Part shown: piece by piece, positions 1-4,417 of the stretch
Layout of the letters: each line of letters begins with the position of its first letter
Position numbering within the stretch: the stretch's first letter is position 1
Virus record (IMG/VR): IMGVR_UViG_2529292873_000012
Strand: one strand, 5' to 3'
Origin: a virus
Taxonomy: Duplodnaviria > Heunggongvirae > Uroviricota > Caudoviricetes
Length of the DNA stretch: 4,417 bases
Notes under the pieces: generated by a model
The model's database searches: none
Seen by the model: only the letters and a program-made list of their open reading frames with translations
Told to the model about the DNA's origin: nothing
Made by a program: the position numbers and the translations under genes

Positions 1-2
1 CG

Positions 3-326
3 CGCTATGCCATTGATGCTCCTGCTGACGCGCCTGATGGCTCAAGCCGCCCCACGCTGTCACTGAGTGCACTGCTGAAGCAGTATGGTATCCGCCTGAC
101 AGCTAATCAGGCATATCACCAGATGGCGAAGCTGGGGATCGTTGAACAACGTGAACGATACAGCCGCACTGCGATTAACAACATCAAAAAATTCTGGTCG
201 CTGACGGCGAAAGGCTGCATGTTCGGCAAGAACATCACCAGTCCCGCAAATCCGCGCGAGACGCAGCCGCATTTCTTCGAATCCCGGTTCCCTGAGCTGT
301 TAAAGCTGCTCGATACCGTTCATTGA
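3..326 (+). CDS. Phage protein, 5'-truncated by the window edge; C-terminal part resembles antirepressor/KilA-C-type domains (tentative)
   Basis: Frame +3 is open from position 3 to TGA at 324-326, with no ATG/GTG/TTG before the ATG at 123. The residues upstream of 123 (…LSLSALLKQYGIRLTANQAYHQ|MAKLGIV…) read as one continuous helical segment, so the gene probably starts left of the window; ATG 123 has only a weak SD. The stop overlaps the next gene's start region. Confidence 0.5.
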   Translation, partial: RYAIDAPADAPDGSSRPTLSLSALLKQYGIRLTANQAYHQMAKLGIVEQRERYSRTAINNIKKFWSLTAKGCMFGKNITSPANPRETQPHFFESRFPELLKLLDTVH

Positions 327-327
327 G

Positions 328-1322
328 GTGACCGTGAGAGCGCTACTGACCCCTGAAATTGCCCCGCGTATGGGGATCGTCTTGTTCAGACCCGGTTCAG
401 AGCTGATGCCCCTGTTTATGCAGGGGCGTGTCCTGCTGGAGCCTGAGCCGGAACGTTATTCATCTTTCGCCAGTGGTGCCGTTCCGGCAGCATCACAACC
501 GCTGGCGGATGATCCTGCCGTTCGGGCCGTGTTCCGCCATGAGGCGGTGATCCGTCGTGCTGGTGGCGTGGAATGCCTTGAGAGCTGGTTACTTCGTGAA
601 AAAGGCTGCCAGTGGCCTCATTCCGGATGGCACAGCGAGAACATGACCACAATGCGACACGCGCCGGGCGCAATCCGTCTGTGCTGGCACTGCGATAACC
701 TGCTTCGCGATCAGTTCACGGAACGTCTGGAGTCAATGGCAACGGATAACTGTGCCCGCTGGGTGTTGTCCGTAGTCCGTCGTGATCTCGGTTTTGATGA
801 CAGTCACGTTGTGACAATGCCTGAACTGTGCTGGTGGCTGGTTCGTAATGACCTGGCGGATGCCTTACCGGAAAGTGCAGCCCGTAAGGCCCTGAGATTA
901 CCGAAGCCTGTTGTGCCGTCTGTCACCCGGGAGAGTGACCTTGTGCCTTCGGTTCCTGCCACCAGCATTATCCAGGATAAAGCGAAAAAGGTGCTGGCGC
1001 TGAAAGTGGATCCGGAGTCGCCGGAGTCTTTTATGTTACGCCCAAACGTCGCCGCTGGGTTAATGAAAAGTACACGCGCTGGGTTAAGACACAGCCGTGT
1101 GCATGTTGTGGAAAGCCCGCTGATGATCCCCACCACCTGATAGGCCACGGTCAGTGTGGAATGGGTACAAAAGCGCATGACCTTTTTGTGTTGCCTTTGT
1201 GCAGAAAGCATCACGACGAGCTGCATGCGGATACCGTGGCATTTGAAGAGAAGTATGGCTCCCAACTGGAGCTGATATTTCGTTTTATCGATCGCGCGCT
1301 GGCAATTGGCGTACTGGCGTAA
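328..1322 (+). pseudogene. ydfU: YdfU/DUF968-family prophage protein, disrupted: body in frame +1 (328..1140), conserved C-terminal Cys/His motif in frame +3 (981..1322)
   Basis: Frame +1 ORF of 270 aa (CWHCDN motif) ends at TGA 1138-1140. Frame +3, open from 981 after TAA 978-980, encodes …FYVTPKRRRWVNEKYTRWVKTQPCACCGKPADDPHHLIGHGQCGMGTKAHDLFVLPLCRKHHDELHADTVAFEEKYGSQLELIFRFIDRALAIGVLA* ending at TAA 1320-1322, 13 nt before the Q start. The two frames overlap between 981 and 1140. Start is ambiguous (GTG 328, GTG 334 with GAGG at 325-328, or ATG 370). Confidence 0.55.
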
Positions 1323-1335
1323 GTGGAGAACGAGC

Positions 1336-2088
1336 ATGAACCTTGAAGCCTTACCGAAATATTACTCCCCGAAATCTCCAAAACTGAGCGATGACGCACC
1401 GGCGACAGGCTCTGGTGGTTTAACAATTACGGATGTGATGGCTGCGCAGGGGATGGTGCAGTCAAAAGCACCGCTTGGGTTTGCTTTATTCCTGGCAAAA
1501 GTTGGTGTTCAGGATCCTCAGTTTGCGATTGAAGGTCTGCTCAATTACGCGATGGCACTGGATAACCCGACATTGAATAAATTGAGTGAAGAAACCCGGC
1601 TACAGATCATTCCTTACCTTGTGAATTTTGCCTTTGCTGATTGTTCCAGGTCTGCGGCAAGTAAGGCTCGCTGTGAGCATTGTGCTGGTACTGGATTTCA
1701 TAATGTATTGCGCGAGGTGGTGAAACACTCCAGAAGCGGGGAATCTGTTATTAAGGAAGAGTGGGTGAAGGAACTATGTCAGCATTGTCATGGTAAGGGA
1801 GAAGTCAGCACAGCATGCAGAGGGTGCAAGGGTAAAGGTATTGTCCTGGATGAAAAAAGAACCCGGCTTCATGGCACGCCTGTTTATAAGGTTTGTGGGC
1901 GTTGCAATGGAAACCGGTTTAGCCGTTTACCAACCACACTGGCGCGGCTTCATGTCCAGAAGCTGGTACCAGACCTGACGGATTATCAGTGGTACAAAGG
2001 ATATGCAGATGTCATTGATAAACTGGTTACAAAGTGCTGGCAGGAAGAAGCATATGCAGAGATACAATTGAGAAAGGTGACAAGATAA
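1336..2088 (+). CDS. quuQ: Late-gene antitermination protein Q (QuuQ-like), 250 aa
   Basis: ATG at 1336 preceded by GGAG at 1325-1328 with a 7-nt spacer; the protein begins MNLEALPKYYSPKSPKLSDD and carries four CxxC pairs (CEHC, CQHC, CRGC, CGRC); stop TAA 2086-2088. Followed immediately by a pR'-like promoter and terminator. The ORF-track start at 1306 lacks an RBS. Confidence 0.85.
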   Translation: MNLEALPKYYSPKSPKLSDDAPATGSGGLTITDVMAAQGMVQSKAPLGFALFLAKVGVQDPQFAIEGLLNYAMALDNPTLNKLSEETRLQIIPYLVNFAFADCSRSAASKARCEHCAGTGFHNVLREVVKHSRSGESVIKEEWVKELCQHCHGKGEVSTACRGCKGKGIVLDEKRTRLHGTPVYKVCGRCNGNRFSRLPTTLARLHVQKLVPDLTDYQWYKGYADVIDKLVTKCWQEEAYAEIQLRKVTR

Positions 2089-2119
2089 ATGGTTTTCGCC
2101 GAAGATGACGACATGATGC

Positions 2120-2160
2120 TTGCATTTTTCAAAAAATATGGATAAGATTTTCCCAACGAT
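2120..2160 (+). promoter_or_regulatory. Late promoter pR'-like with sigma70-dependent pause element (qut region)
   Basis: -35 TTGCAT (2120-2125), 17-nt spacer, -10 TAAGAT (2143-2148), predicted start near 2155. The initial transcribed sequence AACGATGGG (2155-2163) matches the lambda pR' pause-inducing -10-like element as I recall it. Confidence 0.5.
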
Positions 2161-2195
2161 GGGCTTTGTATACCCGACGTTAAGAAAAAGTAGAA

Positions 2196-2221
2196 AACCC
2201 GCTGATGAGCGGGTTTTGTGC
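2196..2221. terminator. Rho-independent terminator, bidirectional: tR'-like for the short pR' transcript and terminator for the convergent cspF-like gene
   Basis: Stem CCCGCT (2198-2203) / AGCGGG (2208-2213), loop GATG, followed by TTTTGTGCTTT on + and preceded by an A-run (GAAAAAGTAGAAAA) that gives a T-run on the - strand. Confidence 0.7.
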
Positions 2222-2509
2222 TTTAAATGGGGCAATGGTAATGTTGAATCTCATCCCGGGACTCATGTCTGTTAACTTATTATTTAGCTGGTGACTTGGT
2301 TATTTGCCTGATGTTTAAAATGTTTTCTTCCAGTACAATGTCCCTAAACACAATGAGTCTGCTTATTATATTATTAGCAGAGCTATTACGGCCAAAGTAC
2401 AGCATAAGCTTTTAAAGCCAATCAACCAGTCATCAAGACAGACGGGGTTATTCATAAAAACTCTCCATGTGTGATCCGATGGGGCCTGAAATTAAAGCTT
2501 TAATATAGC

Positions 2510-2722
2510 TCATGAAAGGTAAACATTGGCAGCTGAAGGGCCACGCAGACCATTTATCCGGCAAAATTCCACGCGTAATCCGGTGGTAATTTCTTCTGCA
2601 TCGCGGAGATTGAGCGCTGAAACATGAAGCTGGACATCGATACGACCATCGGATGGGGTGATAAGACCCTTGCCGCTTTTGCCGTCAAAGGTTTTGACAA
2701 TTCCTGTCATTTTACGGGACAA
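2510..2722 (-). CDS. cspF: Cold-shock-like protein, CspF/CspH subfamily, 70 aa
   Basis: Translation [27 protein letters not shown]…[21 protein letters not shown] matches the CspF/CspH subfamily from memory. Divergent from the cspB-like gene as in Qin. Predicted start is TTG (2720-2722 on +) with AAGGA 7 nt upstream; an in-frame ATG lies 4 codons downstream. Stop TGA. Confidence 0.85.
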
Positions 2723-2826
2723 AAAAATTCCTTAATACTGATAACTTGGCGCACTATACACACGTTCCTGAAGAAAGCTATAGTTTTTTGATGGGGTTGA
2801 AGATGGCTGGATGTCTAAAATAAACA

Positions 2827-2861
2827 TTGCTTCATATGTTCAACTATGCGTTAATGATTGC
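2827..2861 (+). promoter_or_regulatory. cspB-like promoter (CspA-type, extended -10)
   Basis: -35 TTGCTT (2827-2832), 17-nt spacer, TGcGTTAAT extended -10 (2847-2855), comparable to cspA TTGCAT / TGgCTTAAT. Predicted start near 2862 gives a leader of about 161 nt. Confidence 0.5.
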
Positions 2862-3022
2862 GTCGGTTTGAAGAACAGACGATATACGAAGTAGTTTACT
2901 AAAGCAGTTCTCATTTCAGGTGTTATTCACTTATTCCTTCTTTGAGTCTCTCCAATTAAGTACGAAGTCGTTTCTGTTATGCAAACCATTTATGCCGAAA
3001 GGCTCAAGTTAAGGAATGTAGA
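2862..3022 (+). promoter_or_regulatory. Long cspB 5' leader with cold-box-like and upstream-box elements
   Basis: GGTTTGAAGAACAGAC (2866-2881) resembles the cspA cold box GGTTTGACGTACAGAC; AAAGCAGT is conserved; the GCCGAAAGGC upstream box (2995-3004) precedes the AAGGA SD (3011-3015). Confidence 0.6.
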
Positions 3023-3238
3023 ATGTCAAATAAAATGACTGGTTTAGTAAAATGGTTTAACGCTGATAAAGGTTTCGGCTTTATTTCTCCTGTTGATGGT
3101 AGTAAAGATGTGTTTGTGCATTTTTCTGCGATTCAGAATGATAATTATCGAACCTTATTTGAAGGTCAAAAGGTTACCTTCTCTATAGAGAGTGGTGCTA
3201 AAGGTCCTGCAGCAGCAAATGTCATCATTACTGATTAA
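3023..3238 (+). CDS. cspB: Major cold-shock protein CspB-like, 71 aa
   Basis: [71 protein letters not shown] carries the RNP1/RNP2 motifs (KGFGFI, VFVHF); AAGGA SD 7 nt upstream; stop TAA 3236-3238. Confidence 0.9.
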   Translation: MSNKMTGLVKWFNADKGFGFISPVDGSKDVFVHFSAIQNDNYRTLFEGQKVTFSIESGAKGPAAANVIITD

Positions 3239-3518
3239 AATTCATCGCTCGTCTGTATACGATAACGAAGAAGGCTGATGCCTGAGTAGAGATACGGACA
3301 GAGTAGTGAATATTGGATCTCTTTAATAAAAAATAAGGAGGTCCAATACATGAAACAATGGCTAGCATATTTGGCAAAATCTTAATCAGGAAAAGTATGC
3401 TAACCATTGTGGTGAAGTGCAGGTTTGCTGCATGAATAGTTTTACAGCAGAAGCTAACTGCTGGCATGGCAAAACAAAGTGCGTAAGTGGATGACTCCCA
3501 CAAAAAGCACCACAATCT

Positions 3519-3545
3519 CAAACCCGCTCAGGCGGGTTTTTTATT
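3519..3545. terminator. Rho-independent terminator (strong on +, weaker on -) between cspB-like and the zinc-ribbon gene
   Basis: Stem CCCGC (3523-3527) / GCGGG (3532-3536), loop TCAG, then TTTTTTATTAT; preceded by CAAA. Nearly identical in stem and 3' context to the terminator at 2196-2221. Confidence 0.7.
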
Positions 3546-3601
3546 ATCTGCTTTAAATATATTATTAAAATATAAAAAATACTTGTTACTAATAAAATCA
3601 A

Positions 3602-3772
3602 TCAGGCTACAGCTTTAAGATTTGTCTGGAATACTTTGTTGCAATGAGGGCAGATCAAAAGGGCACCTTTTTGTACTCTTGAAAAACTGTGTTCTGACTC
3701 TTGGGTGCAGTTTGGGCAGGAACATTTAACGAGATAATTACGGCGTGATTTTGAGTTTTTACGTTCTGACAT
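3602..3772 (-). CDS. ynfU: Small zinc-ribbon protein (YnfU-like), 56 aa
   Basis: MSERKNSKSRRNYLVKCSCPNCTQESEHSFSRVQKGALLICPHCNKVFQTNLKAVA has two CxxC pairs. The ATG at 3770-3772 (- strand) has AGGA 7 nt upstream; the longer track ORF starting at 3823 has no SD. The symbol is from recollection of a 56-aa zinc-binding protein in Qin and is tentative. Confidence 0.55.
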   Translation of the reverse strand: MSERKNSKSRRNYLVKCSCPNCTQESEHSFSRVQKGALLICPHCNKVFQTNLKAVA

Positions 3773-3991
3773 AGGCTTTTCCTGTATAAATGGCCGTATA
3801 CAGTACACTAAATATGAAAACATTTCTCGTATTATTATTTTATATATGACTTTCTTTCAAAATAATTACCCACATTTTTAATGTGTATGTTTTTTTAGCG
3901 CCGTTGAGAACAACGTGTGCTGTCAAAACTACCCCGTAGACTCCGATCTTTTCAAACATATTGCACCATCCGTGTACATCGGGGTGAGGAT

Positions 3992-4207
3992 ATGAAATCA
4001 ATGGATAAGTTAACAACAGGTGTTGCCTATGGCACATCGGCGGGTAATGCTGGTTTCTGGGCATTGCAGTTACTCGATAAAGTAACTCCGTCACAGTGGG
4101 CTGCAATCGGTGTGCTGGGTAGCCTGGTTTTTGGCCTGCTGACGTATCTGACAAATCTTTATTTCAAGATTAAAGAAGACAGGCGTAAGGCTGCGAGAGG
4201 AGAGTAA
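3992..4207 (+). CDS. essQ: Class II holin / pinholin, phage 21 S-like, dual-start motif, 71 aa
   Basis: [71 protein letters not shown] is very close to phage 21 S21 as I recall it. GAGGA SD at 3986-3990; two in-frame starts (ATG 3992 and ATG 4001, Met1 and Met4); stop TAA 4205-4207. The track ORF from 3917 is an unsupported N-terminal extension. Confidence 0.85.
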   Translation: MKSMDKLTTGVAYGTSAGNAGFWALQLLDKVTPSQWAAIGVLGSLVFGLLTYLTNLYFKIKEDRRKAARGE

Positions 4208-4211
4208 TCCA

Positions 4212-4417
4212 ATGACTCAAGACTATGAACTGGTTGTGAAAGGAGTCCGTAATTTTGAGAATAAAGTTACGGTAACTGTAGCCTTACAGGACAAAGAACG
4301 CTTTGACGGTGAAATTTTTGACCTGGATGTCGCCATGGACCGTGTTGAAGGAGCTGCGCTGGAGTTTTATGAGGCAGCAGCCAGAAGGAGCGTCGGCAAG
4401 TCTCCTGGAAGTAGCAG
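4212..4417 (+). CDS. ydfR: DUF1327/YdfR-like prophage protein, 3'-truncated by the window edge
   Basis: ATG 4212 with AGGAG SD (4197-4201) straddling the holin stop; open frame to the window end encoding MTQDYELVVKGVRNFENKVTVTVALQDKERFDGEIFDLDVAMDRVEGAALEFYEAAARRSVGKSPGSS. Sits directly after the holin, as ydfR does after essQ in Qin. Confidence 0.7.
   Translation, partial: MTQDYELVVKGVRNFENKVTVTVALQDKERFDGEIFDLDVAMDRVEGAALEFYEAAARRSVGKSPGSS

Larger units (their letters stand above)
1..4417. mobile_element. Segment of a lambdoid (Qin-like) prophage: late-regulatory region (Q, pR', tR'), cold-shock moron and start of the lysis cassette
   Basis: Gene content and order (DUF968 gene, Q antiterminator, pR'-like promoter with AACGATGGG pause element, csp pair, phage-21-like holin, DUF1327 gene) recognised from translated ORFs. 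No prophage boundary is visible inside the window. Confidence 0.8.

Noticed and set aside
60-272. 70-aa ORF on the - strand
   Set aside because: Entirely antisense to a better-supported + strand gene in a codon-consistent frame, with no recognisable RBS or domain; likely a shadow ORF.
416-673. 85-aa ORF on the - strand
   Set aside because: Lies inside the DUF968 gene on the opposite strand; Pro/Arg/His-rich composition typical of antisense translation of a GC-rich gene.
1306-1335. Upstream start at 1306 for the Q gene (MAYWRKWRTSMNLE…)
   Set aside because: No SD, and it would overlap the DUF968 C-terminal frame; ATG 1336 has a GGAG SD at correct spacing and gives the expected MNLEALPKYYSP N-terminus.
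804-1426. 177-aa and 71-aa ORFs on the - strand (804..1337 and 1211..1426)
   Set aside because: Antisense to the DUF968 gene and the Q start, with no RBS or recognisable motif; shadow ORFs.
1790-2235. ORFs 1790..1978 (+, 62 aa) and 1927..2235 (-, 102 aa)
   Set aside because: Both lie within or antisense to the Q gene and the pR'/tR' region, with no RBS; the second would run through the terminator hairpin.
2493-2504. Perfect 12-bp palindrome TTAAAGCTTTAA just downstream of the cspF-like stop
   Set aside because: Too short and AT-rich to form a stable terminator hairpin and has no loop; probably incidental (contains a HindIII site). Noted only as a possible protein-binding site.
3228-3521. 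97-aa ORF on the - strand between cspB and the terminator
   Set aside because: Starts inside the terminator hairpin, has no SD, and its hydrophobic low-complexity sequence is typical of AT-rich antisense; overlaps the cspB 3' end.
3773-3823. Longer 73-aa form of the zinc-ribbon ORF (3602..3823) and the 96-aa holin ORF from 3917
   Set aside because: The upstream ATGs lack Shine-Dalgarno sequences, while the internal ATGs (3772 on -, 3992 on +) have AGGA/GAGGA at ideal spacing and give the expected 56-aa and 71-aa proteins.
3840-4154. 104-aa ORF on the - strand
   Set aside because: Antisense to the well-supported holin gene and to the zinc-ribbon gene's upstream region; no RBS.
1-4417. Searched for CRISPR repeats, tRNA/rRNA genes, IS elements and known defence-system signatures
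   Set aside because: No regularly spaced direct repeats, no cloverleaf-compatible tRNA-like segment and no transposase-like ORF were found; every ORF is accounted for by a prophage late-region or cold-shock gene, so there is no evidence for a novel defence system.

Overview
This window reads as the late-control and lysis-proximal segment of a lambdoid (Qin-like) enterobacterial prophage, and I do not see a clearly novel system in it. All calls are by eye and from recalled protein families; no searches were run. Gene order on the + strand: a 5'-truncated phage gene (3..326), a YdfU/DUF968-like gene whose C-terminal Cys/His motif is out of frame (328..1322), antiterminator Q (1336..2088), a lambda-like pR'/pause/tR' module (2120..2221), a divergent cold-shock pair cspF-like (-) and cspB-like (+) with a CspA-type leader, a bidirectional terminator (3519..3545), a small zinc-ribbon gene on the - strand (3602..3772), a phage-21-type dual-start pinholin (3992..4207) and the start of a YdfR/DUF1327-like gene (4212..>4417). 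No tRNA, rRNA, CRISPR array or IS element is evident. The points most worth a second look are the cold-shock moron sitting between Q/pR' and the holin, the near-identical terminator modules flanking it, the disrupted DUF968 gene, and an 11-codon ORF with a perfect Shine-Dalgarno in the cspB 3' region.
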